Positions 1-10,625 of a stretch of DNA of 64,000 nt are shown piece after piece (position 1 is the stretch's first letter; every line of letters starts with the position of its first letter). Origin of the DNA: Chitinophagales bacterium (lineage in GTDB: Bacteria > Bacteroidota > Bacteroidia > Chitinophagales > Chitinophagaceae); contig JAVKMO010000013.1 of the NCBI GenBank assembly GCA_031539345.1, positions 1,276-65,275 of the forward strand. Reading direction: 5' to 3'. The position numbers and the translations under genes are program-made. A model generated the notes under the pieces. It did not search any database, was not told where the DNA came from, and saw nothing but the letters and a program-made list of their open reading frames with translations.

Positions 1-1441
1 CTATATTGCCAGAATAGGTGGGCGTATTTTGTTTGATGGTTGTATAAGGAAGATGAAACAATAATGCCGTATCGACAAGTGTAGAATAAAGGCTTGTATA
101 ACCTAAGCGAAAACCATCTACTAATGTAAAACGTGGATTGATTTTCCATGTATGAGAAAAATAGAACGCAAAATTATTCATTGAATTAGTTCCATCAGGA
201 TATCGTGTATCTAACTTTGTGCTTGTATGCGTTACAATGTTTTCCTTGTTTGCTGTAGATTGAAGCGTGTTAAATTGAAGGTCAAGTCCAAATCGAATAT
301 CATGGTCTTCTTTTATTTTTTTTACCACATCTAAGCTTGCTCCAATCACGTGAACTTTTTCTATTCGATGGCTTAAAGAAGGACTGTTAAAATTTCTATT
401 GTGCCGACTTTCATCTATCATTTGATAATTCACGCCAAGGTGAATATTGTCAAATCCACTTTCGATTTTTTTGAAGTGCAAATCATAAGCAGCAAGCAAG
501 CGCGTTTGAGGACCATAATACCATTCGGCATATTTTAAACCCGTTGTAGAAGGGTCTGTTAAGCGATCGTATCTTGGCACATTGCTTGAATTTGAATATT
601 GCAAATTGAGGCTGTGGCTCAGAAATTTATTTTGTTGAAACAATAATTTTTGTATCAAATCATATTGAGAATAAGCATTTCCAATTTGTAAAAAACGGTT
701 ATTGTTTTTGATGAGTGTGTCTTTCCCTCCGCCAAGATATTGGGTATAATAAGAACGCGTTCCATATTCTTGATCATAAAACGGATTCGTGTTTGTGCCT
801 GACATTAAATCGCCAAATTGAGAATATGTAAATGACGTGAGTGAGGCAAATTGATTGCCGCCAAAGTTTACATCTACATGATTTGTAAAACCCTGAAACG
901 CACTTTCATATCGAGACAAAATATTGCCTTTAAAATTCAGTTGATTGTTATTTGATAATACGGGTCCTTTGGTGTATAAATTAATCACACCACCTAAAGC
1001 ATCGCTACCATACATAGTTGAAGACGGTCCAAATAAAATTTCAACTTTATCTAAACTGCTATTATCCGTTTTAATCACATCTTGTAAATGACCTGCACGA
1101 TAAATCAAATTGTTCAACCGCACCCCGTCAATCATTAATACAATACGACTCGCCTCAAAACCTCTTAATATTGGACTACCGCCACCCAATTGACTTTTTT
1201 GTACAGGAATACCTGCGTTTAAAAGAACGTCTGCTGTTGTGTTAGCGTGCGAATTTTGTATGGCAACCAAAGACAATACCTTAATATCTTGGGCTACATT
1301 TTTTTTTATCTCTTCTTGTTTATTAACAGACGTAATCACCTCTTGTAAGGTAAGCGGTTCTGTTGTATCAGTTGTTTGTGCAAATAAAATGCACGGCATA
1401 CTATTCAGCAATACAAGTATTGCTAATTGAATATTTTTCAT
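1..1441 (-). CDS. TonB-dependent receptor, N-terminal part (continues past the window edge)
   Basis: The minus-strand frame is open from the ATG at 1441 to position 2. It is missing from the ORF track because it has no stop in the window. My translation starts MKNIQLAILVLLNSMPCILFAQ (signal peptide). Plug-domain motifs follow: GGSPILRGFEASRIVLMIDGVRLNN and LFGPSSTMYGSDALGGVINLYTK. Confidence 0.8.
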   Translation of the reverse strand, partial: MKNIQLAILVLLNSMPCILFAQTTDTTEPLTLQEVITSVNKQEEIKKNVAQDIKVLSLVAIQNSHANTTADVLLNAGIPVQKSQLGGGSPILRGFEASRIVLMIDGVRLNNLIYRAGHLQDVIKTDNSSLDKVEILFGPSSTMYGSDALGGVINLYTKGPVLSNNNQLNFKGNILSRYESAFQGFTNHVDVNFGGNQFASLTSFTYSQFGDLMSGTNTNPFYDQEYGTRSYYTQYLGGGKDTLIKNNNRFLQIGNAYSQYDLIQKLLFQQNKFLSHSLNLQYSNSSNVPRYDRLTDPSTTGLKYAEWYYGPQTRLLAAYDLHFKKIESGFDNIHLGVNYQMIDESRHNRNFNSPSLSHRIEKVHVIGASLDVVKKIKEDHDIRFGLDLQFNTLQSTANKENIVTHTSTKLDTRYPDGTNSMNNFAFYFSHTWKINPRFTLVDGFRLGYTSLYSTLVDTALLFHLPYTTIKQNTPTYSGNI

Positions 1442-1525
1442 TTGAAGCATTTAAAATTAGAAAAGGCGTACGACATTTGTTCTCATCTAACTTTTGTGTG
1501 ATGAGTTGTTTTTAATACAAAAACA

Positions 1526-2050
1526 TTACGCCAATTTTTGGGGAGGGTGATAGTCCCCATTTTCATAACCAGCACAAAGCTGTTGGTCATAATGAAAAAG
1601 TCTATTTTTCTGATAGACAATTTGGACGAAGGAAAACTCTTGTAGAGTATGGGGAAGAAGTGATAACAATTGAAAAAGACTTTTAATCCAACTCGCAATA
1701 GGGGAGGAGTTGTCTGTATTTTTTTGAGTCAAGTCATCTAAGTGTTCAAACAACTTTCGTTCTTGCTTGTCATTGATGCACCAATAAATAATACTTCCGT
1801 TTTTTTCTTCTGTTCTTACAATATCAAACAGTTGGTTATGCAAACGAAATTCTTTTCCTTTACGCTCCCAATCGATTACGTCATTTTTTGCAAAAGAAAT
1901 TTGATGCAATTCTTGTGATGATAACTCGGACTTTATTTTTGCTTTTATGTTTTGTCTAATTTGGTATTGAAACAGTTTGAAAATTGGAAACAAGCCAATC
2001 ATGCTGAATGCAAGTGCGGTGAGCAAACATAATATTCCAACTTTTTTCAT
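1526..2050 (-). CDS. hypothetical membrane-anchored protein
   Basis: ORF-track 1526..2071. I prefer the internal ATG at 2050 (MKKVGILCLLTALAFSMIGLF, N-terminal TM/signal). No recognisable family. It lies directly upstream of the TonB-dependent receptor on the same strand. Confidence 0.5.
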   Translation of the reverse strand: MKKVGILCLLTALAFSMIGLFPIFKLFQYQIRQNIKAKIKSELSSQELHQISFAKNDVIDWERKGKEFRLHNQLFDIVRTEEKNGSIIYWCINDKQERKLFEHLDDLTQKNTDNSSPIASWIKSLFQLLSLLPHTLQEFSFVQIVYQKNRLFHYDQQLCAGYENGDYHPPQKLA

Positions 2051-2140
2051 AGTTGCCTCAAAATAATTCAATTAGAATCAATTCCAAAATGAATTTTTGT
2101 TCATATGCAAATTGAGACCGTTACGCTTCAAAACATATTT

Positions 2141-2175
2141 ATAAAAAAGTGGTCCATACAAAAACAGACCACCCT
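2141..2175 (-). terminator. rho-independent terminator downstream of nagB
   Basis: Read on the minus strand: stem GTGGTC / GACCAC (2149-2154 with 2167-2172), followed by a T-run (complement of ataaaaaa at 2141-2148). Confidence 0.5.
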
Positions 2176-2197
2176 TTTATTGACTGACTTTATGGCA

Positions 2198-4108
2198 CTA
2201 ATAAATCCATCGCTTAAACGCTTCTAAGGCGGCATATTGTGTTAAACCTAAGCCTGCATAAACGTTAGCCGTATTTGCGTTTCGGTCTTCTGCACGTTGC
2301 CAAAATTCACGCGAATCATTACCCTGAAAAGGAACGATGTCTTTTTGTGATTGATGAATAAATATACCAAAACGTTTTTTCTTTACTTGCTCTGGACTCA
2401 TCGGCACAACCATTTCTATTTCTTCTATATTCCATTCTTGCCAAGCACCTTTATACATCCATACCCAGCAGTCTTTTACCCATGTTTTATTAGCAGCTTT
2501 TAAACGTCGCATTGCTTCAAAAATAATCTCTATACATACTTTGTGCGTGCCGTGCGGATCGGCTAAATCACCAGCACAAAAAATCTGGTGTGGTTGAACT
2601 TGGTCTAATAAATCCATCGTAATTTTTATATCCTCTTCGCCCATCGGTTTTTTTGCTATTGTGCCTGATTCATAAAAAGGCAAATTTTGAAAATGGATAT
2701 TATGATCTGGCAAACCGACATAACGACACGTCGCCCGCGCTTCGCAACGGCGTATTAAACCTTTTATTTGTCTAACAGCTTCTGTGTCTTTATCAAAAGG
2801 GCTTTGCTTCGTTTTGATAAAATTTCTCGCATCGCTATAAATTTTTGCAGAAGCACTTGCATTGAGTTCAAACAATTCATCAAACCCTACGGTAAAATCT
2901 AAAAAGCGTGTTACAAATTCGTCTGTAACGGCTATGTTTCCAGAAGTTTGATAAGCAATGTGAACATCATGCCCTTGTTCGTGTAAACGCATAAATGTTC
3001 CGCCCATACTGATAATGTCATCATCGGGATGTGGTGAAAAAATAATCACTTTTTTAGGAAAAGGTTTTTCGCGTTCTGGATGATTCGGCAAAGGCGCGTT
3101 TTTTCCACCAGGCCAACCAGTAATCGTATCACGTAAAGAATAATAAACTTCTAAATTGATTTTGTAGGCTTCACCATGCATTAATAATAATTCTCCTAAG
3201 GAGTGTTCAATATAATCATTAGACGTTAAACTTAAAATAGGTTTTTGCAATTTTTGAGCCAAATCAATAACCGCTTTTTTAACCAATTGCTTATCCCACT
3301 GACAAGCACCTGCCAACCAAGGCGTTTTTATGCGGGCTAATTCTTGTGCAGCTTGTAGGTCTATAAAATACTCACAGTTGGGGTGATTTTGTAATAACGA
3401 TGCTGGAATTTTTTCGGTCATATCGCCTTCTAATGCTTTTTGAATAATAGCAGCTTTGCTATCTCCCCAAGCCATCATAAGAATTGTTTTTGCTTGTAAA
3501 ATCGTCCGAATGCCCATTGTAATTGCCAAGCGAGGCATTTGTAATAAAGTGCCAAAATGGTTAGCATTGCTGATGCGCGTGCTATTTGCCAAATGCACTA
3601 AACGTGTTTTAGAATGAAGACTCGCACCAGGTTCGTTAAAACCAATATGTCCATTCGTACCAATACCTAATATTTGCAAATCAATTCCTCCAGCATCAAT
3701 TATTTTTTGTTCGTAAAGAGCCGTTTCTATCGCTATATTTTCTTCGCTTATTTGTCCATTGGGTATGTGTGTATTGTTGAGGTCAATATCAATATGTTTA
3801 AACAAATGCTCATTCATAAAAGAACGATAACTATTCACATGATGAGTGTCTATACCATAATATTCATCTAAGTTAAACGTTACAACATTTTTAAAACTTA
3901 AGCCTTCATGTTTATGCATATCAACCAAATGTTGATATACATATTTCACCGAAGAACCTGTGGCTAAGCCCAAAACCATTTTTTGTTTTTGATTTTGTTT
4001 ATTCAGCATGAACTCTTTTATTTTTTTTGCTATTAGCAAACTACCTTCTTGTTCGTTAGGAACGACATGGCATACATTTTTTTCTAAGGATTGAGAAAGA
4101 TTCATCAT
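2198..4108 (-). CDS. nagB: long-form glucosamine-6-phosphate deaminase (NagB domain fused to a LmbE/PIG-L-like domain)
   Basis: 636 aa. N-terminal NagB motifs GLATGSS and ILGIGTNGHIGFNEPG. C-terminal half carries the PIG-L/LmbE signature IIFSPHPDDDIISMGG. Confidence 0.9.
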   Translation of the reverse strand: MMNLSQSLEKNVCHVVPNEQEGSLLIAKKIKEFMLNKQNQKQKMVLGLATGSSVKYVYQHLVDMHKHEGLSFKNVVTFNLDEYYGIDTHHVNSYRSFMNEHLFKHIDIDLNNTHIPNGQISEENIAIETALYEQKIIDAGGIDLQILGIGTNGHIGFNEPGASLHSKTRLVHLANSTRISNANHFGTLLQMPRLAITMGIRTILQAKTILMMAWGDSKAAIIQKALEGDMTEKIPASLLQNHPNCEYFIDLQAAQELARIKTPWLAGACQWDKQLVKKAVIDLAQKLQKPILSLTSNDYIEHSLGELLLMHGEAYKINLEVYYSLRDTITGWPGGKNAPLPNHPEREKPFPKKVIIFSPHPDDDIISMGGTFMRLHEQGHDVHIAYQTSGNIAVTDEFVTRFLDFTVGFDELFELNASASAKIYSDARNFIKTKQSPFDKDTEAVRQIKGLIRRCEARATCRYVGLPDHNIHFQNLPFYESGTIAKKPMGEEDIKITMDLLDQVQPHQIFCAGDLADPHGTHKVCIEIIFEAMRRLKAANKTWVKDCWVWMYKGAWQEWNIEEIEMVVPMSPEQVKKKRFGIFIHQSQKDIVPFQGNDSREFWQRAEDRNANTANVYAGLGLTQYAALEAFKRWIY

Positions 4109-4197
4109 GTTTAATTTTTGGTTATTAATAGCGAGTTTTTGACAATGAATTTCAAATGACTACACTTTGATTTGTTCAGTCATTCGTCATTGAAAAT

Positions 4198-5382
4198 TTA
4201 TATAAAATGTTTTTCTAAGGCAACTATGCAAGCACCATAAATGCCAGAATGTTCATAGGTATTGGTAATCATAATTTCCGTTTCATCAGCAACCACATTT
4301 AAGCAATATTTATTAATGGCATTTTTTATAGGCCACAAAATATAATTTTTTGTTTGTGCTAACACGCCCCCTAAAATGATCATATCAGGGTTCAACATAT
4401 TGATTAAATTAGCGATAGACATTCCTAATTTATTTCCCATCGTTTCTACAATATTGATAATAACACTATCGTTGTTAAAGAGTGCTTTTATAATGTCTTC
4501 TACATGAAGAGGATGAATGTTTTCTACTTGCGAAGTTTTGCCTGTTGCAAGAGCTTCTTTTACTAAACGCAACAAAGCCTTGCCCGAAGCAACAGTTTCT
4601 AAACAACCACTTTTTCCGCAATGACACAAGATATTATTGTCTTCAAAAAATGTATGCCCTAATTCACCAGAGTAACCATTTTTCCCATAAAACACTTCGT
4701 CATTGATGATTAAATTCATCCCTAAACCATAATCTACGTGAATGTAAATAATGCTTTTATTGTGGTATCGTTTTTGTGTATAATATTCGCCTAATGCGAT
4801 CGCACGCGTGTCGTTATCAATGGTTGTCATAATGCCTAAAACAGTACTCATATGAACTGCAAAGCTCGAAGGCAAAAAATTAAAGTAATTGATATTTTCT
4901 CCTTTATTCGTATTCACTCTGCCGGGTAAAATAATACATACACCAGCAATTTGAATGCCTTGAAACGCAGGTAGTTTTATAAAATCTTGAATAATAGCAA
5001 CCACTTGATCAAGTGCTTCTATTGTGTTTTGTAATGAATATTCAAATTTTAATATTTCGCCAATCCATTGTTTTTGCAAATTGACAGCACCAATTAAAAT
5101 CCTATTTTGTTGAATTTCTACCCCAACAAAATGAACAGCTTCTTTGTTAAGAAAATAATTAACTGCTTTTCTGCCTACTGCAGATTCTGTTTTGCCACCT
5201 TTGATTAACCATTTTTCTTCGCACAAACTTTCGATTAAATTAGTTGCCGTTGGAATACTAATATTTAATATGCGAGTTGCGTTATAAATAGTCGTCTCGT
5301 GGTCGTATTTAATAAGGTGTTTTAATAATTGGTTTTTATAGCTACTTTGCTTTTGCTCTAAAACGCTTACACTTTCTAGCAT
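4198..5382 (-). CDS. ROK-family transcriptional regulator (NagC-like)
   Basis: 394 aa. N-terminal winged-HTH region (ATRILNISIPTATNLIESL). ROK sugar-kinase-like fold with zinc motif GHTFFEDNNILCHCGKSGCLE. Divergent from susC. Confidence 0.85.
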   Translation of the reverse strand: MLESVSVLEQKQSSYKNQLLKHLIKYDHETTIYNATRILNISIPTATNLIESLCEEKWLIKGGKTESAVGRKAVNYFLNKEAVHFVGVEIQQNRILIGAVNLQKQWIGEILKFEYSLQNTIEALDQVVAIIQDFIKLPAFQGIQIAGVCIILPGRVNTNKGENINYFNFLPSSFAVHMSTVLGIMTTIDNDTRAIALGEYYTQKRYHNKSIIYIHVDYGLGMNLIINDEVFYGKNGYSGELGHTFFEDNNILCHCGKSGCLETVASGKALLRLVKEALATGKTSQVENIHPLHVEDIIKALFNNDSVIINIVETMGNKLGMSIANLINMLNPDMIILGGVLAQTKNYILWPIKNAINKYCLNVVADETEIMITNTYEHSGIYGACIVALEKHFI

Positions 5383-5522
5383 GTTTTATACGTTATTTTA
5401 ATTTGTTTCAAAGAAATTGTTCATAAAAAGATGCAAATAAACTATTTTTTTAAAATAGTCGTGCCGTAAAACTAAAGCAAGAAATATGGTATAGAATTAA
5501 ATACAAAAAAATATTTTTTTTA

Positions 5523-5555
5523 TTTGTTTGTTTTTAAAAAATGTTTATACATTTG
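5523..5555 (+). promoter_or_regulatory. candidate Bacteroidetes-type promoter for susC-like gene
   Basis: TTTG at 5523-5526, then a 21-nt spacer, then TACATTTG at 5548-5555 (matches TAnnTTTG). This sits about 68 nt upstream of the ATG at 5623. Motif match only. Confidence 0.3.
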
Positions 5556-5622
5556 TTTTATTATTAAAATATTTTAATAACAACTTGGTTTATTTTATTT
5601 AATTTTTAAAATCTAAACGCCT

Positions 5623-8586
5623 ATGAAAACTATTGCGAACAAGCCTTTAACGAAAAGGTTATTAAAAAAAGCGGCGATGCTTTGGATACTAACATCCTTT
5701 GGGTATTTGTCGGCGGAAAGTAATGCGGGAGTATCAAAAAAAATGATCCCCACTTTTAATTTGCAAGAACAAATGGCGGCTTCGTTATCTTCGTCAAAAG
5801 ATAGCACTGCGGCACAAGTAAAAACAGAAGAAGAAGTTGTGGTAACAGCGTTGGGAATAGAAAAAAATAGAAAAGCATTAGGCTATTCTACTACTAGTGT
5901 TAAAGGAGATGAATTAACATTAGCTCGTGAGGTAAATTTAAGCTCAGTGTTAGTAGGAAAAGTGGCAGGGTTAAATGTAGACGCAAATGCAACAGGGGTT
6001 GGTGGATCAACAAAAATCACCATTAGAGGTAATAACTCTTTGACTCTTGGAAGTCAACCTTTGGTAGTTGTAAATGGTATACCTTTTGATAATACAAATC
6101 CTGGTGGAGCTGGCAAATGGGGAGGTATTGATTTAGGAGATGGAATGTCAAGTATCAATCCTGATGATATTGAAAGCGTAAACGTACTAAAAGGTGCTGC
6201 GGCTGCGGCACTATATGGTCAACGTGCTAGAAATGGAGCTTTGGTTATAACAACAAAAGCAGGCAAAAGAAATAGACCTGTTTCAGTAGATATTAATAGT
6301 AATACAACTTTTGATGCACCTATTGACTTTACTGATTATCAATTCGAATATGGTCAAGGTACTGCAGGACAAAAACCAACGACAAAAGCTGATGCGCTTG
6401 CTACTGGTGCTTCTGGTTGGGGGGCAAAATTAGACGGCTCACCAGTCATTATTTTTGATGGTTCTACTAAACCCTACAGTGCTCAAAAAAATAATATCAC
6501 TAATTTTTACAATGTTGGCTCAACACTTAGTAATAGTGTTTCTGCTTATGGAGGATCTCAAAATGCCGACTATTTCTTTTCTTATGGAAATGTAACCAAT
6601 AAAGGGATTTTACCAAATTCTACTTATGATAGAAATTCAGTAGCTTTAAATGTTAATCTAGATATAAACTCTAAAATAAGTAGTGGGGTAAATATCAATT
6701 ATGTGAATGAATCACGAGGAGGCATATCGCAGTTAAGTGACGCACCAAATAATGCAAATTTTGGTATTAGAACTCTTCCTGCAAATATTAGCCAAGAATA
6801 TTTAAAACCAGGGTACACAGGAGAAGGTTCTACGTTATTAGAATCTCAGTTTTCTGATAATCCTTACAGAACAAATCCATATTTTGTAATTAATAGAAAC
6901 AAAAACACTTCTCAAAAAAACAGGGTATTTGGAGCTGCATTTGTAAAATACCAAGTTTTGCCAGAATTTTCAGTAAAAGGTAGAGTAACTAATGATTTTT
7001 ATGCATTTGAAGCGTATAATATTTATCCAGCTGGCATTACGTTCAGACCTTTGGGGGCACTAGATAATTATAATAATACCAAATTCAGTGAAATTAATGC
7101 AGAGTTTACAGCAAATTATAAGAAAAAATTTGATAAAATCGGTGTTGATGTAATAGCTGGTGCTAATACTTTATACCGTAATTCTAATATATGGAATATA
7201 AATGCAGGTGACTTTAGTTTTTTTGATGTTTATAATCCTGCAACTGCAGCCACTCAACGTTCAAATTTAAGTCAGCCTAAAAGCAGAATAAACTCATTGT
7301 TTGCATCGGCAGATATTAATTATGATAATTTTTTGTTTTTAACAATTTCTAATCGAAGCGATTGGTCTTCAACACTTCCAAAAGAAAATAACTTTTTTAA
7401 TTACCCAGCTGTTTCATTAGGTTTTGACGCCGCAAAATTGATTAATTCATCAATGGTTAATTTGTTAAAATTGAGAGCTGCTTATGCAACTGTAGGAGGA
7501 GAAGCTGCACCTTTTCAAACACAATTAGCCTACTCATTAGGTGCTCCAGTTTCGGGAACATCTATAGGGGCTATACCATCTACAATTCCAAATATAAATT
7601 TAAAACCTTTAACTATTAGTGAAATGGAATTGGGTTTTGAAACTAAATTATTTAATAATAGATTAAATGTAGATTTTGCTTGGTATTCTAAAACAACTAA
7701 AGATGATATTGTTAATTCTACAGTATCTCAAACATCTGGTTATTCGGCTGCAGTGCAAAATATAGCTGAAATTAAAAATCAAGGTGTAGAATTATTAATT
7801 AATGGAGATGTTATTAATACAGGAAAATTTAAATGGAATACAGGTGTAAACTTGGCATATAATATCAATGAGGTTGTTGCTTTAGCTCCAGGTCAAACAA
7901 CATTAAGAGCTGGTGAGGCAAGAACTGGCAGAGCATTTGTAGAAAATGTAGTTGGCAAATCAATAAATCAAATAGCTGTTTTTGACTACAAAAAAGATAA
8001 AAACGGGAAATTGATTTTAAAGGATGATGGGACACCGCAAGCCATAGATACCGTAACTTATGCAGGTTCTGGTATTCATCCATTTACAGGTGCATGGAAT
8101 AATAGTGTATCTTATGCAGGTCTTACATTAAGTTTCTTAATAGATTGGAAATTTGGAGGATACATTTATTCTTCTACTGACTCAAGAGCCATAGCTGCAG
8201 GTTTTCATAAAAATACATTAACAAGCAGAGGGGGAGTAAACGTATTGGGTGTTGATGATAAAGGTAACGCAGTATCTAAACAAGTAAGAGCACAAGATTA
8301 TTATGATGCCATTGCAAATATTTCTAGCTTACAAGTATACGACGCAAGTTTTATTAAACTACGTTCAGTTACATTAAGTTATAATATACCATTTTCTGGT
8401 GCAGCTAAAAAGTATATTAAATCTGCAACGGTATCTTTTGTTGCAAGAAATTTATTTTACATTCTTAGAAAAACAGAAAATATTGAGCCGGAGGCTAATT
8501 ATAATACTTTGACAGTGCAAGGATTAGAAGGAGCTGGTTTACCAACTTCACGTTCTTTTGGATTTAATATTGCACTTAAGTTTTAA
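5623..8586 (+). CDS. susC: SusC/RagA-family TonB-linked outer membrane protein
   Basis: 987 aa. Plug motifs VVVTALGIEKNRKALGYSTTSV, ITIRGNNSL and NPDDIESVNVLKGAAAAALYG. C-terminal barrel ends FGFNIALKF. A SusD-like gene follows immediately. Confidence 0.9.
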   Translation: MKTIANKPLTKRLLKKAAMLWILTSFGYLSAESNAGVSKKMIPTFNLQEQMAASLSSSKDSTAAQVKTEEEVVVTALGIEKNRKALGYSTTSVKGDELTLAREVNLSSVLVGKVAGLNVDANATGVGGSTKITIRGNNSLTLGSQPLVVVNGIPFDNTNPGGAGKWGGIDLGDGMSSINPDDIESVNVLKGAAAAALYGQRARNGALVITTKAGKRNRPVSVDINSNTTFDAPIDFTDYQFEYGQGTAGQKPTTKADALATGASGWGAKLDGSPVIIFDGSTKPYSAQKNNITNFYNVGSTLSNSVSAYGGSQNADYFFSYGNVTNKGILPNSTYDRNSVALNVNLDINSKISSGVNINYVNESRGGISQLSDAPNNANFGIRTLPANISQEYLKPGYTGEGSTLLESQFSDNPYRTNPYFVINRNKNTSQKNRVFGAAFVKYQVLPEFSVKGRVTNDFYAFEAYNIYPAGITFRPLGALDNYNNTKFSEINAEFTANYKKKFDKIGVDVIAGANTLYRNSNIWNINAGDFSFFDVYNPATAATQRSNLSQPKSRINSLFASADINYDNFLFLTISNRSDWSSTLPKENNFFNYPAVSLGFDAAKLINSSMVNLLKLRAAYATVGGEAAPFQTQLAYSLGAPVSGTSIGAIPSTIPNINLKPLTISEMELGFETKLFNNRLNVDFAWYSKTTKDDIVNSTVSQTSGYSAAVQNIAEIKNQGVELLINGDVINTGKFKWNTGVNLAYNINEVVALAPGQTTLRAGEARTGRAFVENVVGKSINQIAVFDYKKDKNGKLILKDDGTPQAIDTVTYAGSGIHPFTGAWNNSVSYAGLTLSFLIDWKFGGYIYSSTDSRAIAAGFHKNTLTSRGGVNVLGVDDKGNAVSKQVRAQDYYDAIANISSLQVYDASFIKLRSVTLSYNIPFSGAAKKYIKSATVSFVARNLFYILRKTENIEPEANYNTLTVQGLEGAGLPTSRSFGFNIALKF

Positions 8587-8624
8587 TCTAATTAAATATT
8601 TTTTTAACTAAATAATTTTACCCT

Positions 8625-10229
8625 ATGAATAAGTATATAAAAAACTCCGTCTTCTTGATATTCCTTGGAATAGCAATGTCATGTAATAAAAATTTTCAAG
8701 AATTAAATACAGATGCCAATTCTGCAACGCTTTCAAGCTACAATCAAAATAGTTCTTTATCAAAAGCCCAACTTGAATATGCAGGAAATTCCGATTTCAG
8801 TTATGAAACATGGCGAGTAAATATTATTTACAGCAGTTTGATGATGCAACACCTTGCTAATAATTCTTGGTATAGTGGCGATAAATACATAGAAAATTTA
8901 GGATGGCAGTCATCTTATTTTGATGTTGCATTTAGAGATCAATTGAAATATGCAACAGATATTATTATCAATACGAAAGGTAAACCTAATTTAGTTACCT
9001 TATACAATGCAGCAAGAATAATGCGAGTGTTAATTGCACATAGATTAACTGACATTTATGGCGATATTCCATATTCAGACGCTGGTTTTGGCTCATTAGG
9101 AGATGCAAAATATTTAAATCCAAAATATGATAATCAGGCGGAAATTTATCCTGATATGTTAAAACAGTTGGACTCAGCACAAACAGAGATTACAACTGGA
9201 ACGGATAAATTAACCAACGATTTGATTTATAAAGGAGATGTATCTCTATGGAAAAAATTCGCAAATTCATTAATGTTGCGTTTGGCAATGCGTTTAGTAA
9301 AAGTAGACGTTGCAAATGCTCAAAAATGGGCAGAAAAAGCAGTTGCAAATGGTGCGTTTTCTTCAAATGATGATAATGCTTTAATTAAGCATGATGCATC
9401 TGGAGGAAGAGCTACCGTAAACAGAATTAACAATATTCTTGGAAATGAATGGGATGCAACAGGTATGAAAACAAAAGGTAAACAGGATATACTTTTAAGT
9501 CAAACTTTTGTGGATTTTTTAAAAAATAATAATGATCCAAGACTGGGAATTATAGCTGTATTAAGAAATAATAATGACAAAACACCTGCTAATCAAATTG
9601 GTATGCCTAATGGTTACGATAATGGAACGACTATTAAGCCCATAACAGGTGCTCCTAATTATCCTGGAGAAGCAGACGATACGAGAAATGGAACAACTGA
9701 TAAAGTATATAAATATTCGACTATAAATTCTGATTTATTAGGATTATCAGCCCCTACTTGTGTAATAAGTTATGCCGAAGTGGCATTATTAAAAGCAGAA
9801 ATGGCAGTGAAAGGATGGAATAATGGTGGTGTTAGTGCTCAAGTAGCTTATGACAATGGCGTTAAAGCATCCATGAAACAGTTTGCTCAATATAATAGCG
9901 CTTCTACAGTAGCAGATGCTGACATAACTACATATTTAACTGCAAGTGGAAAAAAATGGGATGCGGCTAATGGTTTAACATTAATTAATGAACAATACTG
10001 GGTTGCTACATTTTTTAATTGGTATGAAACATGGGCAAATTGGAGAAGAACGGGTATTCCTGCACTAACCCCAGTTAATTATACTGGTAATGCTACAGGA
10101 GGAACTATTCCTCGAAGAATGACTTATCCAGCTACTGAAGCATCAGATAACAAAGCTAATTTTAATACGGCAGTTTCAAGGCTTTCTAATGGAAACACAA
10201 TGACAAGCAGAGTATGGTGGGATAAGTAA
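8625..10229 (+). CDS. susD: SusD/RagB-family nutrient-binding outer membrane lipoprotein
   Basis: 534 aa. Lipoprotein signal LGIAMSCN. Size, position after susC and the C-terminal WETWANWRRTG-type region are typical of SusD-like proteins. Confidence 0.85.
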   Translation: MNKYIKNSVFLIFLGIAMSCNKNFQELNTDANSATLSSYNQNSSLSKAQLEYAGNSDFSYETWRVNIIYSSLMMQHLANNSWYSGDKYIENLGWQSSYFDVAFRDQLKYATDIIINTKGKPNLVTLYNAARIMRVLIAHRLTDIYGDIPYSDAGFGSLGDAKYLNPKYDNQAEIYPDMLKQLDSAQTEITTGTDKLTNDLIYKGDVSLWKKFANSLMLRLAMRLVKVDVANAQKWAEKAVANGAFSSNDDNALIKHDASGGRATVNRINNILGNEWDATGMKTKGKQDILLSQTFVDFLKNNNDPRLGIIAVLRNNNDKTPANQIGMPNGYDNGTTIKPITGAPNYPGEADDTRNGTTDKVYKYSTINSDLLGLSAPTCVISYAEVALLKAEMAVKGWNNGGVSAQVAYDNGVKASMKQFAQYNSASTVADADITTYLTASGKKWDAANGLTLINEQYWVATFFNWYETWANWRRTGIPALTPVNYTGNATGGTIPRRMTYPATEASDNKANFNTAVSRLSNGNTMTSRVWWDK

Positions 10230-10438
10230 TCATTTTTAGTAATCACCTATGTGTAAAAAGTATTGACAGAAAATAAGTGTTCCTAAAAAGAGAATTAATA
10301 ATGTTGCTGTAAAATATTTAGGTGGTGATGATAACGGAGCTACTCAACTTTGGTGAGATACAAATGCTGGCATAAGCAATTTTTAATGCGATGCCATAAC
10401 AAATAGAAAAAAAGGTTAAAAGGTTAAATGAAAGGAAG

Positions 10439-10467
10439 GACGAGGGAAACCTCGTCTTTTCTTTTTT
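10439..10467 (+). terminator. rho-independent terminator after the susCD pair
   Basis: GACGAGG gaaa CCTCGTC, followed by TTTTCTTTTTT. Confidence 0.6.
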
Positions 10468-10625
10468 ATATAGATTTAGTTGTTATATAAATTCTACCAA
10501 TGCAATGTCCGATGATTGATTTTTGTTAAATATGCTCCCCAACCCCAAAATATTTTTAATATCTTTATGGGAATACAAATTCAGGTTATGATAAAATTTA
10601 TTTTTACTTACTTTATTCTAAAAAT

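Noticed and set aside
10230-10625. About 400-nt ORF-free stretch after susD, considered as a possible ncRNA or gene remnant
   Set aside because: Apart from the clear terminator at 10439-10467 I found only a 6-bp stem (TGGCAT/ATGCCA) and no coherent reading frame or known RNA motif. There is not enough evidence to call anything.
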